This document shows, piece by piece, positions 31,424 through 42,600 of a DNA stretch of 64,000 bases. Source of the stretch: Vicinamibacteria bacterium (GTDB taxonomy: Bacteria > Acidobacteriota > Vicinamibacteria > Vicinamibacterales > JAENWD01); contig CAVXNR010000027.1 in assembly GCA_963763095.1 (NCBI GenBank), positions 4,878 to 68,877 of the forward strand, given 5' to 3'. The translations under genes and the position numbers were made by a program. The notes under the pieces are model-generated. The model had not been told where the DNA came from. It searched no databases and saw only the letters and a program-made list of their open reading frames with translations. Position 1 is the first letter of the stretch; every line of letters begins with the position of its first letter.

Positions 31424-32194
31424 TTACAGCCCAAGGGCCGCCCGCGTCGTCGCTCCCACAACGCCATCGGGCCTGAGGCCGTTCGATCCTTGAAACGCCA
31501 TGACTGCCGCGTGGGTCCCCGTGCCGAACTCGCCGTCTTCGGTCAGGTCAGCCCCCAGCGCGTTCAACCGGCGCTGCAGCGCGAGCACATCGGGCCCGCG
31601 GTCACCGATCGTCAGCAGCGCCTCGGGGGGCGTCGGCGGCCCCGCGCCGAGTTCGCCGGCCGTCTGCCATTTCCGGATCAAGTCGTCGCCGGCCTCGAAA
31701 TGCATAGCGTCTTCGGTGCGAAATCCCGCGCCCCAGAACCATCCGTGCCGATTGAACACGGGCGCAATCCGCGTCAGGCCTTCCTGCACGAGATCGTCGC
31801 CGCGTGTGTCGAGGATGCCATGGAGCGTCAGGTCGACGGCCGTCCCCCACGAATGGTTGCTGATCGCTCTGGTCGTCGCCCCCCGCACGAGCCGGGCGCA
31901 TAGCATGCCCGCAGAGCCCATCTCCGCATGGACGTCGGGCTGCATGACCGCGATCTCGGACAGGATCTCTTTCAGCGACGCCACCGCCGGCCTGAGGCCC
32001 TGCACTCTGAACGGACCGACGCTCGCCAGGACGATTTTCGCCCGTAGCGTCGGGTTTGTCACCTCCCGGCACACCTGGTCGTAGTCGTTGCGCGGATTGC
32101 CCAGCAGCGCGAGCATGGTTGATTGCTTTGCGCTGCTCACACCGATGTTGATATTGGTGGGAATGGGCACCAGCCTCGTGACGGTGCTGGGCAT
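31424..32194 (-). CDS. M15-family Zn peptidase (peptidoglycan hydrolase) with C-terminal PG-binding domain
   Basis: R..RG, SNHSWGTAVDL and EDAMHFE Zn motifs; GDRGPDVLALQRRL..DGEFG..T..AVMAFQ...GL.PDGVVG PG_binding_1 motif. Confidence 0.9.
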   Translation of the reverse strand: MPSTVTRLVPIPTNINIGVSSAKQSTMLALLGNPRNDYDQVCREVTNPTLRAKIVLASVGPFRVQGLRPAVASLKEILSEIAVMQPDVHAEMGSAGMLCARLVRGATTRAISNHSWGTAVDLTLHGILDTRGDDLVQEGLTRIAPVFNRHGWFWGAGFRTEDAMHFEAGDDLIRKWQTAGELGAGPPTPPEALLTIGDRGPDVLALQRRLNALGADLTEDGEFGTGTHAAVMAFQGSNGLRPDGVVGATTRAALGL

Positions 32195-32444
32195 CGGTTA
32201 CCTCACTTAGTTCCTGCCGGTTTACGAGCGAGCAGGCCGGAGAATCTGTCACAGCGTATGTCTCCCGGAACCGCCTGCACCACCTGATAAACGTCCTCCC
32301 GATGGAATTCGAACACGTCACACCTCATCCACTGGTCACCACGTCTCGATCAGACGCCTCGAACCATCGCCGCGGACGGCTACCAGGGATGAGGCCCGAT
32401 CACTCCTTGACGATAAGCATTGGAACCGTCGCCACGCCACATCA

Positions 32445-32469
32445 GCCGGGCTGAAGCCCGGCCCCACAT
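32445..32469 (-). repeat. REP-like palindrome variant
   Basis: Reverse complement reads ATGTGGGGCCGGGCTTCAGCCCGGC, same family with a compensatory stem change. Confidence 0.75.
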
Positions 32470-32511
32470 CACGAGACGGCATTCAAGTGGAGCACAGTGC
32501 GTTGCTCCCAA

Positions 32512-33102
32512 TCACGATCGCCGCCTAAGCGTCAGCCCACGCACGCCGTGGCTGTGAGATAGCCCCAGCGTCGCTTCCGTGGTCTCGGCATCGCTCACAA
32601 CGATTTGATCGATGATCGCGTTCAACAGCGTGTCGAGATCGAGCCCGGGACCGGCGGCGAGGGCATCGAGGCGCGAGCGGAGTGCGGCCACCTCCGCTTG
32701 CAAGGCGGCGATGTCTTGTGGTGCTGTCGGCTGGGGCACAGGCACCGGCACAGGCACCGGCACCGGCACGGGCGGCTCGGGCACGTCGAACGGGCGCACG
32801 GGCTCCGCCCAGCGCGCAAGATCTCCACGTCCGGTCGGCTCCGTCGGTCCGAACTGCGGTCTCGCCGCGTTCTCCGAGTCGCCGAGGATGTCGAACGTGT
32901 GAACCTGGGTTTCGCCTGCTACCTTCAGCGCAATCACGTCAGCGCTGAGGGTGCCGTCGCGCTTCTTGAACCGCCCCCAACCTTCGGCTCTGTGTTCCCA
33001 CACCACGAACGCGCAGATCGCCTGCGCTCTCGCCACGCCGGCGAGGTGGTCGTACCGCTGACGCGCTGCCTTCACCGTCTCGAGACGTGATTGAATGCTC
33101 AT
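32512..33102 (-). CDS. Hypothetical protein with (PV)n linker and short coiled coil
   Basis: GGAGG RBS, plausible codon usage, PVPVPVPVPVPVP linker, IAALQAEVAALRSRLDAL. Confidence 0.75.
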   Translation of the reverse strand: MSIQSRLETVKAARQRYDHLAGVARAQAICAFVVWEHRAEGWGRFKKRDGTLSADVIALKVAGETQVHTFDILGDSENAARPQFGPTEPTGRGDLARWAEPVRPFDVPEPPVPVPVPVPVPVPQPTAPQDIAALQAEVAALRSRLDALAAGPGLDLDTLLNAIIDQIVVSDAETTEATLGLSHSHGVRGLTLRRRS

Positions 33103-33951
33103 GCTGCCTCCCGAGTCCGTACTACACGCGACTGGAGCGCCACTTTCGAACCCACTGGGTTCACTGGTGCAACCAGCTACCGCCTACATCCGAAGGACCG
33201 CTCGATTTAACCGCGTGTGTTCAACCTCCATTCGCTCTTGTTGCCCTTCGGAATCGATGAGGCGCGAGCGTGGCCATATAACTCAGTGACCGGCCTCATG
33301 CAGGAAACGGAACAACTGCGCGGGCTGGACTTCGCGACTCTGGCTGAACGAGGCGCGTGAGTTTACAACAGACAACGTCCAAAGTGATCAGAACGAACAA
33401 TCGAAGAACAGAGTACCGGTCATGTGCCCCCGGGTCGATCGGTTGCAGGTTTGGAAGTCTCGAGCCAGGACGCCGCGGGACCGCCAAGGTACGAAAGGGG
33501 GGGCAACAGAATCACGTGGCATCCCCACGATTCGTGGCCCATCTATATTCCTCACACCGAGCGCGCAGGATACAGCTCACGTGGGCGGCAGTGGACAGCC
33601 CTGCTCCCTCGCCGTAGTTCCTGCAGAGGTCCGGAAGTGATATCCGGCGAATAGTCGTTGACCAGGTTTCGACTCCTGGGGCATGATGCGCCACTCGTTC
33701 AGCGACGGCATTCCCACCTGCCATTTTGGTGAGCCCCAACGCACCGGGCGCGGCGCTCGCGGCGCTGCGCCTCCAATGCGGGCGGCCCGTGCTCTCGCAC
33801 CGTCGAGGACGATGAAAACGACATTGCAGACCGGCTGATCAGGACCCCGAGCGTTCGCAACAAGGGGGGCCTCGCGGCCGCGTCTGAGGATCGGTTGGTG
33901 GTGTTGCCTTGTCACCCGCCGACGTTCCCATTTGACCGAAGGGAGTGATCG

Positions 33952-36900
33952 ATGCCTGCCAAGGAATTCCCGCTCGACTCAATCCTGAAGGTTGGCGCAA
34001 CCGGCAACTTGGAGCTGTCGGGTACCACCAGCATGGACGTGCTCGCCGCCGTCGCGTCGAAGAAGCCGTTCCCCCCACGCCCGGACGGCGTGCTGGCACT
34101 TGGCTCGATAGGCCTGACGGTCTCCTCGGGCAGCGACCTGCGGTTTGCCGCCGGCGCGACGAAGGTGGACGTCTCGTTCAGCGCCGGCGTCTCCGCCGGG
34201 CTCGGGATCTACGACACGCCGGACAAGGCGCTGGCAGCGCTCGACCTAGAGGAGACGCCCGGACTCGCGATCGTCATCGACGACTCGGACACGACGCGCT
34301 TTGCGTTGCTGCGCGCCGGGTACTCGGCGTCCGGTGGGGCGAAAGGCACCCACCCCATCGGCCTTGTCGGCAGCTTCTCCTTTGGCGCCTCCGCCAAAGC
34401 CGCAGGAGTGACGGCCGTGCTCCAGGCGTTCGAGGAGACCAAACCGGCCGATGCCGTGCTGGGCGATGTCGTGGGCAGCTGGAAGCTGCCGCGGCATGTG
34501 ATCCGCGCCGATTCGCTGACGGCGCGGACTTGGCTCATTGCCGAGGCTCAGGGATCCATCGCGGTGAAGCTTGCCGCGCAGGTCGGGTATGACTTCAGCT
34601 TCGTCCGCGAGGTGAAGGCGGCCGGGCTCTCCGGCGACATCGGCCTCAAGATCGATGCGGCGGCAAAGGCCACCTTCGGATTGGATGTCAGCGGACGCTA
34701 TCTGGTCGTCGTGGGCCGCGAATCGGACGCCGATCGCGTCCGCGTCCGAATGTTCAAGCTCTCACGGCGGGGCGTCGAGTTCGGCCTCAATCTCAAGGTC
34801 GGCGTCCAAGGCCTCGATTCGCTGACGCCCGGCAAGGTGGACGATTTCGTCAAGGCCGTGTTTGGCGTCCACGGTGCACAGGTGGTCGGCGCGCTCGCCA
34901 AGTTGGACGAGTGGACCGACCCGTCGACGAGCGTCGGGGAACTGGTGGCGGGGTTGGCGAACGACAAGGCGCTGGAGCTGATTCAGTCGTCGACGGGCAT
35001 CGATCCCGCGGCGGCGTTCGAAGCCGCGCGCGCAAAGCTCACAGGAGCCATCCAACTCTGGCGGACGCTGCCCGATCGCGTATCGAGCGAGCTGTTGGGC
35101 ATCTTGGACGGAATGGATGCCGCCGGCGTCACGGCCTTCCGCAACTCCGTAACCCTGCTCGCGAGCAACGACGAGAAGGAGCAGAAGCAGGCGTTGATCG
35201 AGCTCTTCGACGCCGCGGGCTTTGATACCAAGCCGGTCGGGCGCGTGCTCCTCGCGCTCGCCGATCGCGGGCTGCTCAGTCTCCTCGATCGGCTGCCAGA
35301 GCTGCGCAGGACCGCCGGTATCGTCTCCGACATCCTGGACGGCGATGTGATCCGACGGCTGCAGGGCGCGCTCACCAAGGCCCTCGACTTAGACAAGGTC
35401 ATCGCCGCGGTGACGGAGGCCGACTTCAAGAAGCTCGACTCGTTCCTGGTCGGGCGGCTCGCTGCGTTCCTCGATCGCGAGGTGAGCTTCGAGCAGATCG
35501 ACGAGATCCGCAAGACGATTCACGTCGTCCTCGCGAAGCGCCAGGAGATCTACGACAAGGCGCGCAAGGCCCTCACGACGCGCTATGGTGCCGAGATCGC
35601 TGCCACGTGGCAGCGTACGACGTCGAAGACGGCGTTGCTCGACGTCGAGTTCGACACCTCGGGCCCGCAGGGGGTCAGACTCCTGGCCACACTGCTCGGC
35701 GACGGCGATTTGGACGCGCTCCTCACCTCGACGTCCAAGGCGGTCACGTTCCACGCCGCCATGCTCACGCACGAAATCAAGCGCAGGAGCACCCTGCAGG
35801 TGACGCTGCCCAAACTGAGCTTCCGGACCGAGCACGCCAACACGAGCCTCGCCGGTGTCTCAGTGATCGAGGACGGTGGACGGCTGCTGCTGTACCAGGT
35901 GGACGCGTCGGACGTCGTGACCGATACACGCCGGCGCTATCGCAGCAGCCTCTCCATTGGCCTCACGTCGGCGGTGGCGCTCCGCGTTGGCAACGACCTG
36001 CGGGTGCACCAGGCAGATCGTGCCACATGGTCGTATCGGCTACTGCACGCGCGCGCGGGTATGCAGCGCAGTGAGCTCGAGATGTACACGCGGCCGTTCC
36101 TCGAAAAGTACATGAAAGACCGGTTCGGCGATCAGGCGCAGTGGAGCCAGTGGTACACGGAACTCGACCAGACGGTCGACAGCCTGCTCGCCAACGGCGC
36201 GGATCAGTTCGGGGATGCGTTGCTGTCGATGGAGGTGACCCTCCCGGCCGAGGCGGTCCTTGCCTGGATGCGCCCGCAGCCGATTCTGCTGGCTGCATCG
36301 AAAAACGTGTCGAGGGCGATCCAACGCGCGCTCAGGTCCGTCATCCCGTTCTACTTCTTCAAGGACGCGCGCAACCTTTTCCAGAACGCGAGCGCGGCGG
36401 CGCTTTTCGTCTGGGCGGCCATTCCCCCAACCACCTCGGCGCGCCTCGATGGCTCGACGCTGACCCTGGACGCCGAGAAGTCCGTCTACTGGGACCATGT
36501 CGATCGCCGTCTGCGACGAGCGATGAGCCGCCGCCAAATCGTGTCAGCGACGCTCGGCGAGAAGTTCCTGCCAATTCGGCTGCACCTGCAAGAGCTGGGG
36601 CTCGACAAGCAGGCAAGTTTCTTCACCGCGGGCGAAGTGCCGGACTGGATCGCCGCGGCCACGTCGGATAACGGAGACCGGTTCCTCAGCCACCTCTGCC
36701 TATTCGAGGCGCTCGTGATCGAGAAGGCGGTTGATGCGCTCGAGGGCATGCAGGATTTCGTGTCCCTGCAGGGGACAGCACCCTCGAAGGCCATCGATCG
36801 CCTGGCCGACTTCGGGGCCGACATCACCATGGCTTTCAACAAGCTCAGCGGCGACACCGTCTATGCGACGGCGCCCCTGCACACCGTGACCCAGGGCATT

Positions 36901-37095
36901 TTTCTTGAGGCCAGCCGGGCGCTGGCGACGCTGGGGGGCGCGGCCGAGTCCGGAATGCTAACGTTGACGGTCCTCAAACCCTCCGATCAGCGCACGTTCA
37001 AGATCGAGGAGTTCATCACCGGCAGGACACCGGAGCCCGACGAGATCCTGCTGGAACAGCGTCTCGTGAGCGTGTCTATTGAGAAGGAGCGTTGA
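33952..37095 (+). CDS. Large hypothetical protein (1047 aa)
   Basis: Uninterrupted long ORF with strong third-position GC bias and GGGAG RBS; no recognisable motif or signal peptide. Confidence 0.85.
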   Translation: MPAKEFPLDSILKVGATGNLELSGTTSMDVLAAVASKKPFPPRPDGVLALGSIGLTVSSGSDLRFAAGATKVDVSFSAGVSAGLGIYDTPDKALAALDLEETPGLAIVIDDSDTTRFALLRAGYSASGGAKGTHPIGLVGSFSFGASAKAAGVTAVLQAFEETKPADAVLGDVVGSWKLPRHVIRADSLTARTWLIAEAQGSIAVKLAAQVGYDFSFVREVKAAGLSGDIGLKIDAAAKATFGLDVSGRYLVVVGRESDADRVRVRMFKLSRRGVEFGLNLKVGVQGLDSLTPGKVDDFVKAVFGVHGAQVVGALAKLDEWTDPSTSVGELVAGLANDKALELIQSSTGIDPAAAFEAARAKLTGAIQLWRTLPDRVSSELLGILDGMDAAGVTAFRNSVTLLASNDEKEQKQALIELFDAAGFDTKPVGRVLLALADRGLLSLLDRLPELRRTAGIVSDILDGDVIRRLQGALTKALDLDKVIAAVTEADFKKLDSFLVGRLAAFLDREVSFEQIDEIRKTIHVVLAKRQEIYDKARKALTTRYGAEIAATWQRTTSKTALLDVEFDTSGPQGVRLLATLLGDGDLDALLTSTSKAVTFHAAMLTHEIKRRSTLQVTLPKLSFRTEHANTSLAGVSVIEDGGRLLLYQVDASDVVTDTRRRYRSSLSIGLTSAVALRVGNDLRVHQADRATWSYRLLHARAGMQRSELEMYTRPFLEKYMKDRFGDQAQWSQWYTELDQTVDSLLANGADQFGDALLSMEVTLPAEAVLAWMRPQPILLAASKNVSRAIQRALRSVIPFYFFKDARNLFQNASAAALFVWAAIPPTTSARLDGSTLTLDAEKSVYWDHVDRRLRRAMSRRQIVSATLGEKFLPIRLHLQELGLDKQASFFTAGEVPDWIAAATSDNGDRFLSHLCLFEALVIEKAVDALEGMQDFVSLQGTAPSKAIDRLADFGADITMAFNKLSGDTVYATAPLHTVTQGIFLEASRALATLGGAAESGMLTLTVLKPSDQRTFKIEEFITGRTPEPDEILLEQRLVSVSIEKER

Positions 37096-37282
37096 TCTCA
37101 AAGCAGCTCAAGGTCAGAAACCAGTCACACCTGTGACGGTATTGTCGTCGTCCATCTCTCAAGGCAGAGACGGTTCGCGATCGGCGGATTCCCGCGACGG
37201 GGAGAAGCGGCTGCTCGATGCGGCGGCGCTGGCCATGAACAGGTGGGAGCACAAGTGCGGAGCGCAGGGCGGGCCGCCAAGT

Positions 37283-39403
37283 TCAGCGAAAGTTTTCCAC
37301 GAGCATGATGTCGCTGCTCCGCTGGTCCTCCTGGGTGTAGAGAATCGACCTCTCGTCGGGAGACACTGCCATCCCAGGGACAAACGGGACCGGTCTTCTG
37401 TCCAGCGCGGCAACATGCACCACCCGTTTCTCGGCAAAGCTCAGAAATTGGAGAGCCGGCTGCGAGCCAGTCTCGGTGTTCACGAAGTAAATGCCCTTCT
37501 TCGCTAGAGCCCAGTAGCCCCAAAAGCTACCTTTGGGAAAATCCAGCACAGGTGCTTCATCGCCGCCGTTCACCGGAACGCTCCAGAGACCGTCGATGTC
37601 CATGCCTTTCGCGTAGTACAGGGTTTTTCCATCCTGCGACTCGAACGCGGCAAATCCGCCCCGCCTCGTTATCTGGACCGCCTGTCCGCCTGCGACAGGC
37701 ACTTTCCAGACCTCCAAACGCCCCGTGCGGTTGGACGCGAAGTAGATCCATTGTCCATCTCTCGACCAGCTGGGGACGACACCGTCGGGTGTGTCGCTGG
37801 CGACGCGCCGCGATGGGCCCCCATCCACGCCGATGACGTGGATACCCCAGTCGCCATCGAACGCGATGCGGCGGCCATCCGGCGACCACCGCGGAGTACC
37901 GACCATGGGGCCGCCAAACGAAGTCAACTGAACCGGGTTGGAGCCCGCCGTGTCGCACACCCAGATCTCACCGCTCCCTGTACGGTCGGAACCAAACGCG
38001 ATTCTCGTGCCATCGGGTGAGAATTGGGGACCATCGTCGACTCGCGTGGAGGCAATCAACTTCGTCGCGGAGCGGCTTGGCTGTGTCGCCGTCGGTACCT
38101 CGATCTGCCAGATATTGATGTCCTGCGATCGATGCTCATACGCGAGCCGGTTTCCCCGACTTGAGATAGCTGGATTCGCCGCGTTGTCGCCGCCGACGAA
38201 CGCCGGCTGTGGTGTGCCGCCCGAAGCCGAGACTCTCCAGAGACTGCTACTCGATTCGGGAGCGCCGCCGCTGGACGTAAACACCAACTCGCGCCCGTTG
38301 GCAGTCCATGCGAGGCGTTCACAAAACGGAAGCTGGTCGCGAGTCACACGCGTAGGCTCCCCGCCCGCAACCGGGACGAGGAAGATACCACCTGCGGCGC
38401 TGACCCGGTTGAAGGCCACCGTGCGACCATCGGGAGAGATGGCGGGAGCACAGTCACCAGCAGATCCCGCCGGTGGAGACGTCAGCTTTCGCTTTTCCAG
38501 ACCGTCTATGGACGCCAGAAAAATGCTGAGGGGGGCCTGCGGCTCATGCTTTTCAGAGAACGCCAGCAGTTTTCCGTCTGGAGACCAACTCGGTCCCGCC
38601 GCCCACTCGTGCTCCGGGATCATCGACCCGATTTTGCGCTCGGGACCACCGAGCGCGGGGATCATGAAGAGTCCGCCTCCCTCCTCGGCGAGGCGGACAA
38701 ACGCAATGTGGCGTCCGTCCGATGACCAGATCGGCTTCTGGTCGGCCGCAGGATGGGTCGTCAAGCGCAGAGGGACTCCCGCACCCACGACCTTGATATA
38801 GATGTCTTGGTTGTCTCCGTTTCCACCGTCCCAGGCAAATGCGACCTGGCTGCCATCGGGTGAAAAACTTGGATAGCGTTCCTGGCCAGGAAGGGTGGTC
38901 AATGGCGTCGTTCGCATCGGAGGACGTGAGAATGGCCTGAGCCGAAACACGTACAGCGAGACGGCTGCGCCAATCGCCAGTGCTATCACGACAGCCGGCC
39001 ACATCAATGTGCCGGCGCGCCACCCGCTCAGACGCGGATGGGCGGCCAAATCATGTCTCGGCGCGTTATCCACGGGCGCAATGAACCGGTAGCCGCGTCG
39101 TGGCACCGTTTCGATGAAGCGCGGCCGGTCGGCTGAGTCGCCAAGTGTCTCCCGCAGACGATTCACGATGGCGTTCAGGCCATGCGCGAAATCGACGAAC
39201 GTGCCATCCGGCCAGAGACGCTGACGCAGCTCGTCGCGCGTGACGAGATCGCCTGGTCGCTCCAGCAGCAACGCGAGGACCTGGAAGGACTGAGCTGGAA
39301 GGTTGAGGCGCGCCCCTGCCTTGCGCAGTTCAGCTGCGTGGAGATCCAGCTCGAACACGCCGAAACGGATCGCGCGACGAGCCGACTCTGGAAATTCACT
39401 CAC
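37283..39403 (-). CDS. OmpR-type winged-HTH (CadC-like) membrane regulator with PD40/TolB beta-propeller
   Basis: FGVFELD...LVTRDELRQRLW...RLRETLGDSADRPRFIETVPRRGYRF, TM helix, repeated PSFSPDG/WSPDG. Confidence 0.92.
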   Translation of the reverse strand: MSEFPESARRAIRFGVFELDLHAAELRKAGARLNLPAQSFQVLALLLERPGDLVTRDELRQRLWPDGTFVDFAHGLNAIVNRLRETLGDSADRPRFIETVPRRGYRFIAPVDNAPRHDLAAHPRLSGWRAGTLMWPAVVIALAIGAAVSLYVFRLRPFSRPPMRTTPLTTLPGQERYPSFSPDGSQVAFAWDGGNGDNQDIYIKVVGAGVPLRLTTHPAADQKPIWSSDGRHIAFVRLAEEGGGLFMIPALGGPERKIGSMIPEHEWAAGPSWSPDGKLLAFSEKHEPQAPLSIFLASIDGLEKRKLTSPPAGSAGDCAPAISPDGRTVAFNRVSAAGGIFLVPVAGGEPTRVTRDQLPFCERLAWTANGRELVFTSSGGAPESSSSLWRVSASGGTPQPAFVGGDNAANPAISSRGNRLAYEHRSQDINIWQIEVPTATQPSRSATKLIASTRVDDGPQFSPDGTRIAFGSDRTGSGEIWVCDTAGSNPVQLTSFGGPMVGTPRWSPDGRRIAFDGDWGIHVIGVDGGPSRRVASDTPDGVVPSWSRDGQWIYFASNRTGRLEVWKVPVAGGQAVQITRRGGFAAFESQDGKTLYYAKGMDIDGLWSVPVNGGDEAPVLDFPKGSFWGYWALAKKGIYFVNTETGSQPALQFLSFAEKRVVHVAALDRRPVPFVPGMAVSPDERSILYTQEDQRSSDIMLVENFR

Positions 39404-39619
39404 CGGGCACCTGAACTGTGGGCGAAGCGGGATGGACGCGGATCCTAGCACGTCGCAAGTCTTGGCCCTGTGACCATCCCGAACAACTCAGGGACAAAGC
39501 CCGCGTGCATCGGCTGTTCGAGCGGACGCCGTTCGACGTTCTAATACACAGACGCTCCCAACGAACTCAGCCCACGCCTATCTGAGCTGGCGCTGGCGGC
39601 AACAGAAGCGAGTGTTTTT

Positions 39620-42600
39620 ATGGCGTTCGCAGCTCGTGCATTCGTGCGCCTACGTGTCGCCGGCATTTTCCTGGGCGTGGCCGTAATCTCAGCAGGTGGG
39701 ACCGGTTATTGGCTCTTCATCTCGCAACAGCGCCAGTACATCGTCGGCCGCAATTTTCGAATCCTGTCGAACTTGGCTAGACAGGTGGACAACAGGGCCC
39801 GCGCCGAGGCACGGGTCATCCGGAACCTCGCAGAGGATGCGCCCGCAAAGCTTGACGCTCAGTCACGCAAGGATCTCGCAGATCGATGGGTGAAGCTTCG
39901 CGGCAGCGCGTATCAGACGGCTGACATCGAGTTTCAGATAGCGCCAGGGCAGCGCGACGGCTCGGCCAGGGGCTACACGCTGCGGGCAGACTCAGAACTT
40001 ATGGTCGAGGTTCCGCTGCGAGTGAGTGGGCCAGGGACACCAGTTGTCATCGCAACGCTTCGACTCCGGCCTGGCCTTCAGCCGATGTTCGCGTCGCGGG
40101 TTGGTCAAGGAGCGTTCGACGCAATCTTGCTGGGGACCCAGAAGGGCAAGGTGCTGTTGAGCGCCGGGCCAAGCGCGCAACAGATCCGCTCCACAGGCCT
40201 CGGCGTGCTCTCGTCAAAAACAACCGACGGCAAGCCAGTGCCGTTCTCGGAGCTCGCGCAATCGATCACAACGACGAACGTTTCGTTCGCCGGAGTCGAC
40301 CACACTCTATTCCTTTTTCCTTGCTCCCTGTCTTCTGACCAAGGCGGCACGCCTTTGGTGCTGGCCGGACTGGTCCGTACCGAAACGCTCCAGTTCGGCA
40401 GTTGGGCAATCTCGACGACCCTCGTCAAGATCGGGGTCATCGTTCTCCTGCTCGCTTTCGTCAGCTGGCCGTTTCTAAAGCTGACATTGCTCGGGGATCG
40501 ACAACAGGTGCGTGTGTCCGATTTTTTTCAGCTGGGAGTGGCCAGCGTCGCAGGACTGGCGATCATCACGACGGTGTTGCTCGATATCGCCGCATCCTCA
40601 CGCCTGAACCGGGACATCGACAGCCAGCTGAAGCAGCTGGCAAAGGACCTCGACAGTCACGCGACGGCGGAGATTCGCGATGCTTACGCGCAGCTCGAGT
40701 GCCTTGAGCGGACGCTGGGCTCACGCGAGACGAACCCAGTCGGCGGTCGCCAGATGTCGTCGCTCCTGCGAAGCGGCAAGATGTCGTCCGTGCTGAACGC
40801 TGATCTTAGGTGCCAGCCCTCGTCGAGGCAAGGATCAGAGGTCGAACGGCAGATGGGCGCCGACAACCGGTTGGACTCTGGTCCGCCAATCCGATGGCCC
40901 TACCCCTTCTTCGAGTCTGTCGCATTCATCGATCGCGAGGGAATGCAACAGATCAAATTAGGAACATCACGATCGGTGTCCAACAGGATCTCCGTCGCAC
41001 GCCGGGACTATTTCAGGACCGTGGTTCGAGGACTCGGCTGGCCACCGGCCACGTTCTGCCGGGCAGGGAACTGTGCCCTCGGGTCGGTGTGGTCATGGAC
41101 GACCGGCGAGCCGCAGGCGGTGCTCGCGAAGGGGTCAGCTGATCCCGGGGCGACCAGCCAAAGACTTCCTGTGGCTGCTATCTCGATCCCAATGCGCTCG
41201 CTCATCGGGCCAGTGCTGCCGCCAGGCTTCGCGTTTGTGGTCATCGATCATGCCGGCAACGTACTGTTCCACTCAGATCGTCAGCGCAATGACAATGAGG
41301 ACTTCTTTGTCGAGACGGACAACAACCGGCGCCTTCGTGCGCAAGTGGCCGCCCACAGCGCCGAACTGCTCGACATCAACTATTGGGGCTCGCCGTACCG
41401 CGCCTATTTGCAACCGATGGAGTTGCCCGACATGTATGTCGTCTCCATGCTCCAGAAGGAGCGGGCGTGGGCGATCAGTCGTGAATGGCTGGTTGTCACG
41501 CTGATCTTCATCGCAATCTACGTAACACTCTGGGTAATCGTCGCGCTGGCGACCCTCGGCCGAAACGCGTCGTGGCTCTGGCCGGATCCGGCGCGGCGAA
41601 CCGGCTATGCCTGCGTATCAACCCTGTGCGGTGTCTTACTAGCGGGCGCTGCGTTGACGACATGGCGTTACGAGCGCAATTCCCTGCTGGTGGTGGGCAT
41701 CTCCTTGCCCCTCGTCGCGTGGATTGGCACCTACATGATCCTCCGCAATCGACCCGAGAGAGGCAGTGCAAGCAGTCGAGAGCCCCTCTTTGCATACTCA
41801 AGTGCCGCCGTGCTCCTGTTGCTCGTCACCGGGGTCGTTCCTGGTGCCCAGCTCTTCTTCGCATCGTACCAGTTGCATGTACGAAGCTATATAAAGAACA
41901 GCCAGCTCGTCGTCGCGCGGCGCCTCTCCGAGCGATTAAACCACTTGACAGAAGAGTATCTGAGCCCGGATGACGGCGACCCGAACGCGAAGAAAAGGGC
42001 GGCGACCCAGATCGACCTCATGCACGACCGCGACGTGTATGTCCACTTCCTCTACAACACTTCGATAGAGAGGGCATCAACCAACGCCAACGAGTCCGGC
42101 TCGAGTTCTACCAGCGACGGGACCTCGACCGGGGATCGGAATGCCATCCCGGACGACGATGACATGGTGTTGTCGTTCCTCGAAGACTACTTACCTTACT
42201 ATTCGGAGGCGTCGGTCGAGTGGCGGGAGCTGCTGCACGACACCGCTGGCGACGGAAGCTGGCGCTCTGAGTACCCGGAAGAAGGGCGCTAGAGACGAAG
42301 TCATCGTCCTGACCTCACAAATCGGAAGCCTTCCGGTTCAAGTCGCGTCATCGGTTCCGAGCATCACCTACGTCTCTCCCACTCGTCCCGGACGTGGTAC
42401 CGCGCACTCGGCCACAGACACGGTGTCCATGGAGGAACCCCGCCCGGTGCCGACGACTGGGTACACCACAGAGAACACGGCGGTCGCGGAGTCTGGCGCA
42501 CGAGCTTCACTCGCCGTCCTTGTCTCATCGGGTGTCGTGTTGCTGGTGTTGACCTGCGGCGTGGTCATCGTTTTCAATCGCCGCATCTATCTCACTGGAC

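Noticed and set aside
30877-33102. Prophage
   Set aside because: Only an endolysin-like gene; no capsid, terminase, tail, holin or integrase genes
33662-33693. tRNA-like T-arm hairpin CCAGGTTTCGACTCCTGG
   Set aside because: The loop is one base too long and no D-arm, anticodon arm or acceptor pairing could be built
33110-33950. Riboswitch or ncRNA in the long intergenic region
   Set aside because: No recognisable consensus by eye; an Infernal/Rfam scan would be needed
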